Below, piece after piece: positions 20,287 to 30,781 of a DNA stretch of 64,000 nucleotides (the first letter of the stretch is position 1; the number at the start of each line of letters is the position of its first letter). Source of the DNA: Vulcanimicrobiota bacterium (GTDB taxonomy: Bacteria; Vulcanimicrobiota; Vulcanimicrobiia; Vulcanimicrobiales; Vulcanimicrobiaceae); NCBI GenBank assembly GCA_963820825.1, contig CAWGBN010000008.1, positions 64,001 through 128,000 of the forward strand, read 5' to 3'. The translations under genes were made by a program, and so were the position numbers. The notes under the pieces were generated by a model, which was not told the origin of the DNA, made no database searches, and was given only the letters and a program-made list of their open reading frames with translations.

Positions 20287-21939
20287 ATGGAACTTTCCCT
20301 ACTCAAAAACCCAATTGCCGTCGTGACGCTGTTGGCTCTCGCCGCCTGCGGCGGAGGCGGCGCCGGCGGTTCGGCGACGCTGCTTCCGTCGCACAACGAA
20401 CGTCCGCAGAACGATTCGATACTCAGCCGGATCGTCGGCGTCGGCGATAGCCTCACCGCGGGCTACCAATCGAATGGCTTTCTCGGCGCTACGGGCGTTC
20501 CCAATCACGCCTACACCGGCGTGATTCCGCCCAACCAAGAGAACGGCTTCTATGCCGATCTCGTCGAGCAGGCCTCGGGAGACGTCCCCACCGCAATCGG
20601 GCAGATGTACGACCCGTCGGTGAGCCCGCTTCCGCTTATCAAAGGACCGGGACTCGACAATCAGCTCGTGCCGTGGGGACCGTTCGCGCCATTTACTGAG
20701 CTCAAGACGGGCGATCCGTGCACGCAGAATAATGGGTTCAACTTAGCCGGCTTCCGGCTGCATACCGCGGCGCGCACGCGCATGAACCCCGATTCGACCA
20801 CGATCCGCGATTTCGGCGTACCGGGCATCACCCTGCACGAGGCAAACGTGCTCCATCAGCCACAGACCTCGACGTGCAAAGAGCTTCCCGGCATCCCGGG
20901 ATTGCTCAGTCAAGTCGTCTCGGAAGAGAGCGGGACGTTCTGGCCCGTGCTGCTCAACTCCACCAAACTTGGCGGCCACCTTACTGAAGTCAATGCCGCG
21001 GCCGCGGTACATCCGACGCTCGCAACCGTCTGGCTCGGCGCGAACGATTGGCTCAAATACATGGGAAGCGGCGGACGCTTCGTCGGCGGCGACCGGACCG
21101 CCGCTCAGGTGGAGGCCGATCTGCGCGCGACGATCGCTACGCTGCAGCATGCCGGCGCAAAGGTCGTCGTCGCCAATCTGCCCGACATTCTCGAAACCGG
21201 CCTCTTCGAACGGGTCTCCTTCGTTCCTAAAGATTCGCCGGCGTGCCGCATTCACACGTTTGCAAACTGCTTCATGAACTCCATCGGCGGCGTGCCCTAC
21301 CAGCAGATCGCAACAATTGCCAAGACGTATAACTTGGCGACTCCGGGCGGCTGCACGCCGCTCTCGGAGACGAAGCCATGCGGCTACATCATGTTGCCGG
21401 GCGCGGCCGAGGTCGTCTCCTACTACGGGAGCAGCGGTAAGCTACCGAACTTAGATTGCGCAGTGCCCGCACCGCACTGCAAGGCCGTTCCGGGTAGCGG
21501 CTTAGGCATGCGCTACATCACGCCGGAATTCGCCGGGAAACTGCAGGCGCTCAACAATGCGATCAATCAAGGGATCGACAACGCTGCGTCGGCCTCGCAC
21601 GTGCCGCTGGTCGATATCCACGCGATCTTCCACGGTCTCGCGAGCGGCAACCCCTCGGATCCGTACTTTGCCTTGGCCTCGTCGATCAATCCGGGGTTCT
21701 GCTGCACGCTGGGCTTCTTGTGGGGTATCTCGAGCTTCGATGGCATCCATCCATCGAATACCGGATACGCGCTGGTTACTTACGCCTTTATCGATACGAT
21801 CAACAAGGCGTACGGGACGCATATCCGGCAGATCGACTTGAAAGCAGCCTACGAAGGTACGCGATGCGGATCTCAGCCGAACAAGCACTACTGCTTTCCG
21901 GATCCGTACGCACCGCCGAACGACTACCCGTATAAATAG
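20287..21939 (+). CDS. SGNH/GDSL hydrolase lipoprotein
   Basis: LAAC lipobox; GDSLTAG, GANDW and DGIHP blocks. Confidence 0.88.
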   Translation: MELSLLKNPIAVVTLLALAACGGGGAGGSATLLPSHNERPQNDSILSRIVGVGDSLTAGYQSNGFLGATGVPNHAYTGVIPPNQENGFYADLVEQASGDVPTAIGQMYDPSVSPLPLIKGPGLDNQLVPWGPFAPFTELKTGDPCTQNNGFNLAGFRLHTAARTRMNPDSTTIRDFGVPGITLHEANVLHQPQTSTCKELPGIPGLLSQVVSEESGTFWPVLLNSTKLGGHLTEVNAAAAVHPTLATVWLGANDWLKYMGSGGRFVGGDRTAAQVEADLRATIATLQHAGAKVVVANLPDILETGLFERVSFVPKDSPACRIHTFANCFMNSIGGVPYQQIATIAKTYNLATPGGCTPLSETKPCGYIMLPGAAEVVSYYGSSGKLPNLDCAVPAPHCKAVPGSGLGMRYITPEFAGKLQALNNAINQGIDNAASASHVPLVDIHAIFHGLASGNPSDPYFALASSINPGFCCTLGFLWGISSFDGIHPSNTGYALVTYAFIDTINKAYGTHIRQIDLKAAYEGTRCGSQPNKHYCFPDPYAPPNDYPYK

Positions 21940-21947
21940 CTCTGGCG

Positions 21948-22133
21948 CTAATCCGGCGGCGGCTCGTCCTCAATCTCTTCTTCGAGGATCTCGTCGCCGT
22001 GGCGATCGAGCCGTTCGGTGACCTCGGCCTTCACGTCGTCGGGAACGGCGGGGTTATCGAGAAGGCTGCGCTCTTCGCCTTCGAGTAGCGCCTCGAGCTC
22101 CTCGGGGCCGGGGTCGTTGTCGGGAGGCCGCAT
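21948..22133 (-). CDS. Small acidic hypothetical protein
   Basis: Fills the intergenic gap; purine-rich GGAAGGAAG upstream; D/E-rich, 61 aa. Confidence 0.6.
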   Translation of the reverse strand: MRPPDNDPGPEELEALLEGEERSLLDNPAVPDDVKAEVTERLDRHGDEILEEEIEDEPPPD

Positions 22134-22160
22134 GCTCTTCCTTCCTACGGTCTGGCGTCG

Positions 22161-24128
22161 TTGCTGAACTGGTTGCGGGAGCTAGCGCGAACGGCGACCA
22201 CCTTCGATCGCTCCGCGCTCGAGCCGGGGTATGCGCTTCGCTGCACCATCGGCGTGGCAATTCCCCTCCTCGTTGCCGCAGCCGCGGGCGAGGCGGCGCT
22301 CGGCGTACCTGCGGCAATCGGGGCTTTCATCACGGGTTTTACCTCTCTGCAGGGCATCTACCGCACCCGCCTTGCCGCGATGCTGGCGGCCGCGTTCGGC
22401 ATGTCGGCGACGAGCTTCGTCGGCGCGGTGTCGGCCCATTCTACGCCGGAGGTCGTCGCGGCGACCGCAATCGCCGGCTACGCATTCGGAACCATCGGTC
22501 AGCTCGGCCCGGCTGCGGCAACCGTTGCGCTCAACTCGTTCGTCGCCTTCATCCTCTTCTCGAGCCAGCCGCTGGCCCCGAGCGCGGCCGCACAAGACTC
22601 GGCGCTCGTGCTCGCAGGCGGACTCATTCAAGCGGCACTCCTCTTGCTCGCGTGGCCGACCGTGCGCGGCGCCGCCGAGCGTACCGCGCTCGCCGGCGTC
22701 TATCGCAATCTCGCGAGTTACGCACGACAAACCGCCGAGGGCATTCCCGCCGCGCCGCCGATCACGCCGTTTGCGATCGCACGGCAAGTGCTCGCCGATC
22801 CCCAACCGTTCGCGCGCTCCGCCGAGCTCGCACGCTTCAACCGCCTCCTCGAAGACTCGGAGATCATTCGGCGCCGGCTCGGTGCGCTCGCGGGTCGCAC
22901 CGGCGACGACCAGCGGCTCACGGCGGCGGCGGCACGCGCGATCGCCGAGCAGTTGGATCGAACGGCCGACGTATTGACCGGCGCGAAAAACGATCTCGCC
23001 GCGCTCGACCTCACCGCGTTCGGCGACGCGCTGCAGCTCGCGGGCGTCGCGGACCTGGCCGCGCACACGCGCGACGCAGCCGAAGCGGCGACGATGCTCG
23101 CGACCGGCCGCCTTCCGCGCTTCCCGTTGGTCTCCAAGGTGAAGCCCGCACCGTACGTTCGCAATCGCATCGATTGGTTCAGCCGCGATTCGTTCCGATT
23201 CGCGATCGTGCTCGCCATCGCGATGGTCGCCGGCCGCTACTTCGCTGCCGATCGCGGCTACTGGATTCCGCTGACCGCGGCGCTCGTTCTCAAACCCGAC
23301 TTTCAGACGACGTTCCTGCGCGGAGTCGCCCGGATCGGCGGCACGTTGGCCGGCGCGGTCGTTGCCAGCCTCGTGATCCTCGTCGCACGCGGGCACCCCG
23401 GGTTGGAGCTCGCGGGCATCATCGTGGCCGCAGCGGCCGCGTATCTCTCCTTCAATCCGAACTACGCCCTCTTTACCGTCTCGATCACCTCGTTCGTGGT
23501 GCTCGTGCTCGGCATGCGCGGCCTTCCGGGAACGACGGCCGTCGAAGTGCGGCTCTTCGATACGCTCGCCGGCGGTGCGCTGGCGATGATCGGGTATCTC
23601 GTCTTTCCGTCGTGGGAGTACGAACGCACGCGCGCGCTGCTCGCCGATCTCTTGGACGCGCAGCGCAGACTCGCCGGCGCGATTCTTCGAGCCTACGCGG
23701 ATCCGTCCGAAGCGACAAAGCGCGCAATCGGCCAACGGCGTAACGAAATCTGGCGAACGCGAACGGCGGTCGAGGCATCGATCGACCGCAGTCGCGGCGA
23801 ACCGCAACGCTCGCACTCGATTGGTACGGGGCGTGCCCTGCGCCTTCTCGCCGCGACGCAGCGGTTCGCATTGGCGAGCTTAGCGCTCGAAACGCTGCTC
23901 GAGACCGAGCGGACGACCGCGCCGCCGGGCCTGGGAACCTTCTCCGAAGCGCTCGACGCCGAGATGCACGAGCTCGCCGAGGCGCTGCGCGAATCGCGGC
24001 GAGCGCGACTCGGCCAGAACTTCTTGACAGGCCTCGACACGACCGCAAACGATCGATTGCGAGCCTTCGCCGATGCGACGGCTCGCATCGCGCGCCTAGT
24101 CGGGATAGAGAGCGCGGCGCGAGGCTAG
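22161..24128 (+). CDS. FUSC (YccS-like) membrane protein
   Basis: Two hydrophobic blocks; GYWIPLTAALVLKPDF..ARIGGTLAG. Confidence 0.88.
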   Translation: MLNWLRELARTATTFDRSALEPGYALRCTIGVAIPLLVAAAAGEAALGVPAAIGAFITGFTSLQGIYRTRLAAMLAAAFGMSATSFVGAVSAHSTPEVVAATAIAGYAFGTIGQLGPAAATVALNSFVAFILFSSQPLAPSAAAQDSALVLAGGLIQAALLLLAWPTVRGAAERTALAGVYRNLASYARQTAEGIPAAPPITPFAIARQVLADPQPFARSAELARFNRLLEDSEIIRRRLGALAGRTGDDQRLTAAAARAIAEQLDRTADVLTGAKNDLAALDLTAFGDALQLAGVADLAAHTRDAAEAATMLATGRLPRFPLVSKVKPAPYVRNRIDWFSRDSFRFAIVLAIAMVAGRYFAADRGYWIPLTAALVLKPDFQTTFLRGVARIGGTLAGAVVASLVILVARGHPGLELAGIIVAAAAAYLSFNPNYALFTVSITSFVVLVLGMRGLPGTTAVEVRLFDTLAGGALAMIGYLVFPSWEYERTRALLADLLDAQRRLAGAILRAYADPSEATKRAIGQRRNEIWRTRTAVEASIDRSRGEPQRSHSIGTGRALRLLAATQRFALASLALETLLETERTTAPPGLGTFSEALDAEMHELAEALRESRRARLGQNFLTGLDTTANDRLRAFADATARIARLVGIESAARG

Positions 24129-25403
24129 TTAGGCGTAGATGCCCCGCAGCTTCGAGGCCTTCACGACGCGATCGATCGCCAGTGTGTACGCCGCCGTTCG
24201 TAGCGTTGCGTGGCGGGCGTTTGCGATCGAGCGGATCTGATGAAGGTTCGAGAGCAGGAAGTCCTCGAGCTTCTCATTGACCTCCGACTCCTTCCAAAAG
24301 TAGCCCATGCGGTCTTGCGCCCACTCGAAGTATGAGACGGTCACGCCGCCGGCATTCGCCATGATATCGGGGATGACGATGATTCCGCGCTCGCGGAAGA
24401 TGCGATCGGCCTCGGGCGTCGTGGGGCCGTTGGCGCCCTCGACGATCAGCTTCGCCTTGACTTTCGGCGCGGTCTCGGCGGTGAAGACTTTTTCGAGCGC
24501 CGCGGGAACGAGCACGTCGCATTCGCTGCCCAGCAACTCGGCGTTAGTGATCTTCTCGCCGCCGTGGAAGCCTTCGAGCGTTCCGAACTTCGCAACGTGC
24601 TCCATCGCGCCATTGACGTCGATGCCCTCGGGATTGTAGTAGGCGCCGGTAACGTCGGAGATTCCGACGATCTTGCAGCCGCGCTCCTCGAAGAGTTTGG
24701 CCGCATGCATTCCGACGTTGCCGAAGCCCTGGATCGCGATCGTCGCCTTATCCGGACGCATCTCCATCTCGGCCATCTCGTCGAGCGCGCAGATCGTGAC
24801 GCCGCGCCCCGTCGCCTCGACGCGCCCGCGCGAACCGCCGATCTCGAGCGGCTTTCCGGTGACGACGCCCGGAATGTTCTGCCGCACGTGCATCGAGTAG
24901 GTGTCCATGAACCAGGCCATCACCTGCGGCGTCGTATTGACGTCGGGTGCCGGCACGTCTTTATCGGGGCCGACCACTTCGACCAGCTCGGCGGCGTATC
25001 GCCGCGTAATCCGCTCGAGCTCGTTGGAGGAGAGCGTCGTCGGGTCGCAAGTGACGCCGCCCTTTCCTCCCCCGAAGGGAAGATCGACGACGGCGCACTT
25101 CCAGGTCATCCAAAAGGCCAGCGCGGTTACCTCGTCGAGCGTAACGCGCGGATGGAAGCGGATTCCGCCCTTCGCGGGGCCTCGTGCGAAGTTATACTGC
25201 ACGCGGTAGCCGGTGTAGACTTCGAACTCCCCCGAGTCGCGTTGAAACGGGATCGAGAAGATGATCTGGCGCGACGGGTGAGTGAGAATCCGGCGCATGC
25301 CGGCGTCGAGTTCGAGCAGGTCGGCGGCTTCGTTGAAATAGGCAATCGCGTCGCCGAAAACCGAGACGTCGCGCACCGAGGTCTCACGCAGAGCGGTGGT
25401 CAT
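24129..25403 (-). CDS. gdhA: Glutamate dehydrogenase (Glu/Leu/Phe/Val dehydrogenase family)
   Basis: [33 protein letters not shown] and EGANGPTT motifs. Confidence 0.93.
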   Translation of the reverse strand: MTTALRETSVRDVSVFGDAIAYFNEAADLLELDAGMRRILTHPSRQIIFSIPFQRDSGEFEVYTGYRVQYNFARGPAKGGIRFHPRVTLDEVTALAFWMTWKCAVVDLPFGGGKGGVTCDPTTLSSNELERITRRYAAELVEVVGPDKDVPAPDVNTTPQVMAWFMDTYSMHVRQNIPGVVTGKPLEIGGSRGRVEATGRGVTICALDEMAEMEMRPDKATIAIQGFGNVGMHAAKLFEERGCKIVGISDVTGAYYNPEGIDVNGAMEHVAKFGTLEGFHGGEKITNAELLGSECDVLVPAALEKVFTAETAPKVKAKLIVEGANGPTTPEADRIFRERGIIVIPDIMANAGGVTVSYFEWAQDRMGYFWKESEVNEKLEDFLLSNLHQIRSIANARHATLRTAAYTLAIDRVVKASKLRGIYA

Positions 25404-25414
25404 ATTCTTCCCTG

Positions 25415-26503
25415 TTAGACGTTGAAGCGGAAATTCACCACGTCGCCCTCTTGCATCACGTACTCGCGCCCCTCGCTGCGCACGCGACCGGCGGCTTTGA
25501 GTGCCTCCATGGTTTGAAATTCGACGTAGTCGTCGTACCCGACGATCTCGGCCCGAATGAAGCCGCGCTCGAGGTCGCTGTGGATGGTTCCGGCCGCCCG
25601 CGGCGCCTTCGTGCCCTTAGGGATCGGCCAGGCTCGGGCTTCCTTCTCGCCGGCGGTTAGGAACGTCATCAGGCCGAGCAGGTCGTACCCCGCGGCCGAG
25701 AGATCGTCGAGCCCGCTGCGCTCGAGGCCGAGTTCGTGCCGGAACTCGACCGCCTCGGCCTCCGTGAGGCCGGCCAGCTCCGCTTCCAGCTTGCCGCTCA
25801 GGACGACGGCCCGCCCCCCTTCGGCGGCGGCGACCTCCTGGACGGCGCGGATCTGCTCTTCGGCGGTCCGGGCCTCGTCGACGTTTGCGACGTAGAGCAT
25901 CGGCTTACGCGTCAGCAGAAACGAATCCGTTGCGACTTGCGCCTCCAGGGTGCCCGGCGCAAAGCTCCGGGCAGGCTGCGCCTCTTCGAGCGCCTCACTC
26001 AGGCGCGTGGCGGCCTCCAGGTACGGTCGAAGATTGGATTGACCGCGAACGTCGCGTTCGAGCTTGGCGATACGCTTGCGCATGGTCCCGAGGTCGGCAA
26101 GCGCCAATTCGATCGAGATAATCTCGCAGTCGCGCTTCGGATCGGGATGCCCCTCGACGTGCGTGACGTCATCGTTTTCGAAGCAGCGCACGACCATCGC
26201 GATCGCGTCGGTCTCCCGAATGTGACTCAGAAATGCGTTGCCGAGGCCCTCGCCCGAGCTTGCGCCGCGCGCCAATCCGGCGATGTCGACAAAGCGTACG
26301 GTCGCCGGCACGACGCGGCGTGCGTTCACGAGCCGTTGCAATACGAGCAAGCGGGGATCGGGCACAGCGACCTCGCCGACGTTCGGCTCGATCGTCGCAA
26401 ACGGATAGTTTGCCGCAAGGGCTTGGGCCGAGCGCGTGAGCGCGTTAAAGATCGTTGTCTTCCCAACATTGGGCAGGCCGACGATTCCGCAAGAGAGTGG
26501 CAT
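25415..26503 (-). CDS. ychF: Redox-regulated ATPase YchF
   Basis: GIVGLPNVGKT, ANYPFATIEPN, DIAGL; ends FRFNV. Confidence 0.97.
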   Translation of the reverse strand: MPLSCGIVGLPNVGKTTIFNALTRSAQALAANYPFATIEPNVGEVAVPDPRLLVLQRLVNARRVVPATVRFVDIAGLARGASSGEGLGNAFLSHIRETDAIAMVVRCFENDDVTHVEGHPDPKRDCEIISIELALADLGTMRKRIAKLERDVRGQSNLRPYLEAATRLSEALEEAQPARSFAPGTLEAQVATDSFLLTRKPMLYVANVDEARTAEEQIRAVQEVAAAEGGRAVVLSGKLEAELAGLTEAEAVEFRHELGLERSGLDDLSAAGYDLLGLMTFLTAGEKEARAWPIPKGTKAPRAAGTIHSDLERGFIRAEIVGYDDYVEFQTMEALKAAGRVRSEGREYVMQEGDVVNFRFNV

Positions 26504-26567
26504 GGTCGAGCGGGGCCGTTCGAGCATCCGGCAAGAAAATCCGGCGAGCACGTCGGATAGGTCGGAT

Positions 26568-27044
26568 ATGCGCCAAATGAAGGTCGACAAGCTCGGTATC
26601 GACCTCCTCACCCATGACCCGGTGGTCATCCTCAAGGACATGGACGGCTCGCACTATCTTCCGATTCTCATCGGACCCTTTGAAGCGACCGCGATCGCGC
26701 TCGCGCTCGAAGGTGCACCGGTGCCCCGTCCGCTCTCCCACGACCTGATGCGCAGCATTCTCGAGACGCTCAGTGCGAATCTCGAGCAAGTCGTGATTCA
26801 CGATATCAAAGACTCCACGTTCTTCGCCAAGCTCATCGTCCGCACGAACGGCGAGATCCAGGAGATCGACGCGCGTCCCTCCGACGGCATCGCGCTCGCG
26901 CTGCGCGTCCCGGCACCGATCTTCGTCTCGGATAGAATCGTCCTCGAGGAAGCGACGGCCGAAAAGAAGCCGATCAACGAGACGGAGATGGCGCGATTCA
27001 AAAAGTTTCTCGACGACCTCAAGCCCTCAGACTTCAATCGCTAA
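26568..27044 (+). CDS. Bifunctional nuclease family protein (DUF151)
   Basis: LPILIGPFEA, RPLSHDL and DARPSDGIALALR motifs. Confidence 0.92.
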   Translation: MRQMKVDKLGIDLLTHDPVVILKDMDGSHYLPILIGPFEATAIALALEGAPVPRPLSHDLMRSILETLSANLEQVVIHDIKDSTFFAKLIVRTNGEIQEIDARPSDGIALALRVPAPIFVSDRIVLEEATAEKKPINETEMARFKKFLDDLKPSDFNR

Positions 27045-27599
27045 TTTTCGTGCGAATAAGACGGCGACGTAGGCGCAAAATATTGCCAGCGCAACTACGG
27101 CAAGAACTTTGTGATAGCGCTCGTCTTCGGTGAGCACCGCCGGGAGGTTGATGGCGATCATCACGGCCTTCGTCCAGGCGTCGAGCGGATTTCCTAACGT
27201 GCCCGTCGTTAGAATGTCGGGCAAATAGCTCGCGGCAAGCGTTGCCATGATGACGCTGAAGAAAACCTGACGGCGACCGAAATACTCTTTGCGCAGGTCG
27301 ATCGGCAGCTCGGCCGGTTCTGCGACGACGAGCGCCGAGAGCACGTATGCGCCGATCGGCACCAGCAGCATTGCGATGAAGGTCGCAAACGACCAGGTCT
27401 GCAGCGTGCGCCACGAAAAGCGCGACCACCAGACCTGAACGTCGATCATAAGCAGCGTGACCATCCAGACCGCCGAGGGCCAGTACCAAATCACGCGATC
27501 GCGCCGGTGGACCAGACGCACGGCGCCGGCCAATAGCGTCGTGATCGCAAAGCCGATCACGATCGAGATCAGAACCGAGATATGCTCGAACGCCGTCAA
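27027..27599 (-). CDS. Hypothetical multi-pass membrane protein
   Basis: MTAFEHISVLISIVIG start (TTG); about six hydrophobic segments. Confidence 0.75.
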   Translation of the reverse strand: MTAFEHISVLISIVIGFAITTLLAGAVRLVHRRDRVIWYWPSAVWMVTLLMIDVQVWWSRFSWRTLQTWSFATFIAMLLVPIGAYVLSALVVAEPAELPIDLRKEYFGRRQVFFSVIMATLAASYLPDILTTGTLGNPLDAWTKAVMIAINLPAVLTEDERYHKVLAVVALAIFCAYVAVLFARKLAIEV

Positions 27600-27662
27600 G
27601 TCCCGATCACCGTTCTTCGCCCACAGGATTATCTCATCGCCGTAGGCTACAACGGGAATCTT

Positions 27663-28457
27663 ATGAAAGAGCTTTCGGCGGAGATCGGCGTCTTCGGAGG
27701 ATCGGGATTCTACTCGCTCATCGACGGCGCGCGCGAGCACTGGATCGAGACGCCGTACGGACCGCCGAGCGATCGCGTCGCGCTCGGTGAGATCGGGGGC
27801 CGGCGCGTCGCGTTCCTACCCCGCCACGCGAAGGATCATCGCGTTCCCCCCTCGGCGATCAACTATCGCGCCAACCTCTATGCCATGAAGTCTCTGGGAG
27901 TGCGATGGATCGTCGGACCGACCGCGGCCGGCTCGCTCGACAAGCGCGTAAAGCCCGGCTCGATGGTCGTCTGCGACCAGCTCGTCGATCGGACGAGCGG
28001 CCGAAAGGACACCTACTATGACGGACCGCTCACCACACATATCAGCTTTGCCGATCCGTACTGCCCGACGCTGCGGCCGATCGCCGTCGACGTCCTGAAA
28101 TCGCGCGGCATCGACACGCACGAGCGCGGCACCGTCGTCGTGATCCAGGGACCGCGTTTCTCCACGCGCGCCGAGTCGCGCTGGTTCCAGAGCCAGGGCT
28201 GGGAGGTCATCAACATGACGCAGTATCCCGAGGCCTATCTCGCCCGCGAGCTCGAGATGTGCTACGCAAACATCGCGCTCATCACCGATTACGACGTCGG
28301 CCTCGAAGGGATGCCCCCGGTATCGCACCACGAGGTCATCGAAGTCTTCAATCGCAACAACGAGCGGGTGCGCGGCGCGATCGGTGAGATCGTCGAACGG
28401 ATCCCGGTCGATGCCGACTGTTCGTGCCGGCATGCGCTCGAGGGCGCGCGATTCTAA
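27663..28457 (+). CDS. mtnP: S-methyl-5'-thioadenosine phosphorylase
   Basis: GVFGGSG, TPYGPPS, GPRFSTRAES, INMT and TDYD motifs. Confidence 0.93.
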   Translation: MKELSAEIGVFGGSGFYSLIDGAREHWIETPYGPPSDRVALGEIGGRRVAFLPRHAKDHRVPPSAINYRANLYAMKSLGVRWIVGPTAAGSLDKRVKPGSMVVCDQLVDRTSGRKDTYYDGPLTTHISFADPYCPTLRPIAVDVLKSRGIDTHERGTVVVIQGPRFSTRAESRWFQSQGWEVINMTQYPEAYLARELEMCYANIALITDYDVGLEGMPPVSHHEVIEVFNRNNERVRGAIGEIVERIPVDADCSCRHALEGARF

Positions 28458-28461
28458 GGAC

Positions 28462-29169
28462 ATGAAAAGACTGCCCCGCGTCGACGTTCGGATGTACGCG
28501 CAAGCCGTTCCGCTGCTCCTGCGCCACCCGTCGATCTTCGTGATGCCCTTGCTCGCGGCGGTGGTCGATCTGCTGATCTCGCAGATCACGCCGTTCTTCA
28601 CCGACGCAGTCGGCGGCGCGGGGAGCTGGCTCTTTCAAATCATCGTTCAGCTCGTCTACGGCTTCTGCTTCGGCGTCGCCGTCATTGCCGCAAACAACGT
28701 CTGGCGGAGCCGGCGAGCGACCTTCGACGAGGCATGGGAGGAAGGCCGGCACAAGGCCGGCGGCATTCTAATTGCGACCTTCGGCTTCTATTTCTTGATC
28801 TACGTCGCCGGTTACATTGGCGCGTTTACCGGCAACCAGTTCGTCCAGATCGGCCTCGAGCTGGTCGTAGCATTCTTCCTCATCTACACGATCCCGGCCG
28901 CCGCGATCGGCGGAATGCCGGGAAACTTCGCAATCGGCGCGTCGTTCCGGGCCGTGCGCGAGAACGTGCTCGGCTCGGCGATTCTCGCAATCGTCTTCGT
29001 GGCGCTCTGGGTCTGGTTTCCGGAGTTTCTGCTCGGGCGTGTCGGTCTAGGCCTCGGCCCGACTGGTTACGAACTCGTGCTCGCGGCGGTCAAGGCGATC
29101 GTTCTTGCCTATCTCGCATTCCCGTTTGCGAAGCAGTACGACGACATCGCCTTCAGGGGATACTGGTAA
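28462..29169 (+). CDS. Hypothetical membrane protein
   Basis: About six transmembrane segments; directly follows mtnP. Confidence 0.78.
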   Translation: MKRLPRVDVRMYAQAVPLLLRHPSIFVMPLLAAVVDLLISQITPFFTDAVGGAGSWLFQIIVQLVYGFCFGVAVIAANNVWRSRRATFDEAWEEGRHKAGGILIATFGFYFLIYVAGYIGAFTGNQFVQIGLELVVAFFLIYTIPAAAIGGMPGNFAIGASFRAVRENVLGSAILAIVFVALWVWFPEFLLGRVGLGLGPTGYELVLAAVKAIVLAYLAFPFAKQYDDIAFRGYW

Positions 29170-30157
29170 GAGCCATTCGGACGAGCTCGCCGACGAGCTC
29201 CGGTCTGACGTTCGTCCGCGCCAGGCGCTGCGCGTCGTCGAGCTTACTCAACAGCGCGACGGCCGTACGCGGTTCGATCGGCTTCAAAGCCCGCAAGCGA
29301 TCCGCGTGATCGAGCGAGACGAGCGCAACGCCGTCGCCGCCGCCGGCCACGATCCAGTCTCGCACTAAGGTCTTGACCGTCTCCAGACCCTCGTCGAGCG
29401 TCTCGCGGGTTGCCCAGGAGCCTTCGGGCGATTTCCCGGCGAGGCTCTCGAAGAACCAGCGCACGACGTGCGCGCGCAACGACTCCTCTTCACCCTCGAG
29501 CGTAGCGAGCGCGCGCGAAACGCTCCCGCCGCTCAGCGAAGCGGCGAGCTCGGCCTCGCTCGCCGCGACGCGAATGCCTTCGAGTACCATTCGCACCTCG
29601 GCATTGGAGAGCGGCGAGAAGCGAATCTCGACGGTACGCGAGCGGATCGTCGGCAGCAACCGCCCCGGAGCCGGCGTCGTCAGAACCATTATGACGCCGC
29701 GCGGCGGTTCTTCGAGAAACTTCAAGAGCGCGTTGGCGGCCGCGGGCGTCGCGAAGTCGATGTCGCCGAGCAGCAAGACACGCAAACCGCCGCTGTACGA
29801 TTGCATCGAGAGCTGCCGGACCAGATCGCGCGCCGATAGCTCGTCGCCTTCGTAGAAGCCCATCGCCGCATCGGGATCGCCGATCTTGAGAACGCCGGCG
29901 TGCTCGAGAAAGTCCGGATGGCGCGCGGATTCCGCCGCGAAAAGCTTACACGACGCGCAGCTCCCGTCGTATCCAAGAACGTTCTGCTTCGGCGCGGTGC
30001 AGAGCAGCGATTGGGCCAGGCGCCGCGCGAAGGTCTTTTTGCCGACCCCTGCGGCGCCGGTGAAGAGATAAGCATGGGCGAGCCGCTCCGGGGTCAAGGC
30101 GCTGAAGTAGCGCTTGGGGCCCTCGGCGCCGACGACGTCGAAGTGCAGCTCGCTCAC
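29153..30157 (-). CDS. holB: DNA polymerase III subunit delta'
   Basis: HAYLFTG, HPDF, AANALLKFLEEPP and LLPTIRSR motifs; follows tmk. Confidence 0.92.
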   Translation of the reverse strand: MSELHFDVVGAEGPKRYFSALTPERLAHAYLFTGAAGVGKKTFARRLAQSLLCTAPKQNVLGYDGSCASCKLFAAESARHPDFLEHAGVLKIGDPDAAMGFYEGDELSARDLVRQLSMQSYSGGLRVLLLGDIDFATPAAANALLKFLEEPPRGVIMVLTTPAPGRLLPTIRSRTVEIRFSPLSNAEVRMVLEGIRVAASEAELAASLSGGSVSRALATLEGEEESLRAHVVRWFFESLAGKSPEGSWATRETLDEGLETVKTLVRDWIVAGGGDGVALVSLDHADRLRALKPIEPRTAVALLSKLDDAQRLARTNVRPELVGELVRMALTSIP

Positions 30158-30780
30158 GAGACCCGCACGCCGAGTCGCTCGCGCACCGGCAGCAGCGCCG
30201 TCTCCAAGAGCCGCTCGGGCGGCAGCGTTCCGTCGAGCACGCGATGGCGTGCCGAGCCCTCCGCCAGCACGAGAAATCCCTCGCGAACGCGCTCGTGAAA
30301 GGCGTCGCCCTCGGCCTCGATGCGATCCGTCGCTTGCGAGCGCGCGTCGAGGCGCGCACGCGCAACGCCAACCGGGACGTCGAGCACGAGAACCAAGTCC
30401 GCCTCGAGGCCTTGGGTCGCGATGCGACAGAGCCGCCGTAATATCTCGAGATCCGATCGCCGCCCGTATCCCTGATAGGCCAGCGTCGAATCGGTGAACC
30501 GGTCGCAGAGCACGATCCGTCCCGCTGCAAGCGCCGGCCGGATAACCTCTTGAACGTGCTGCGCCCGCGCCGCGTTCACCAAGAACGCCTCGGTTACCGG
30601 CGCGATCGTCGAACCGCGATCGAGAAAAATCTCGCGGACCGCATTGCCCAACGCCGTCCCACCCGGTTCCCGCGTCGGCATTACGTCGTAACCGTCGTCG
30701 CGCAGTTGCGCGGCGAGCGCGCCTGCCAGCGTGCTCTTCCCGCTCCCTTCGATTCCTTCAACGACGACGAATGCGGACAG
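30154..30780 (-). CDS. tmk: Thymidylate kinase (probable CTG start)
   Basis: EGIEGSGKST, TREPGGT and DRFTDSTLAYQGYGR motifs. Confidence 0.95.
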   Translation of the reverse strand: MSAFVVVEGIEGSGKSTLAGALAAQLRDDGYDVMPTREPGGTALGNAVREIFLDRGSTIAPVTEAFLVNAARAQHVQEVIRPALAAGRIVLCDRFTDSTLAYQGYGRRSDLEILRRLCRIATQGLEADLVLVLDVPVGVARARLDARSQATDRIEAEGDAFHERVREGFLVLAEGSARHRVLDGTLPPERLLETALLPVRERLGVRVS

Positions 30781-30781
30781 G

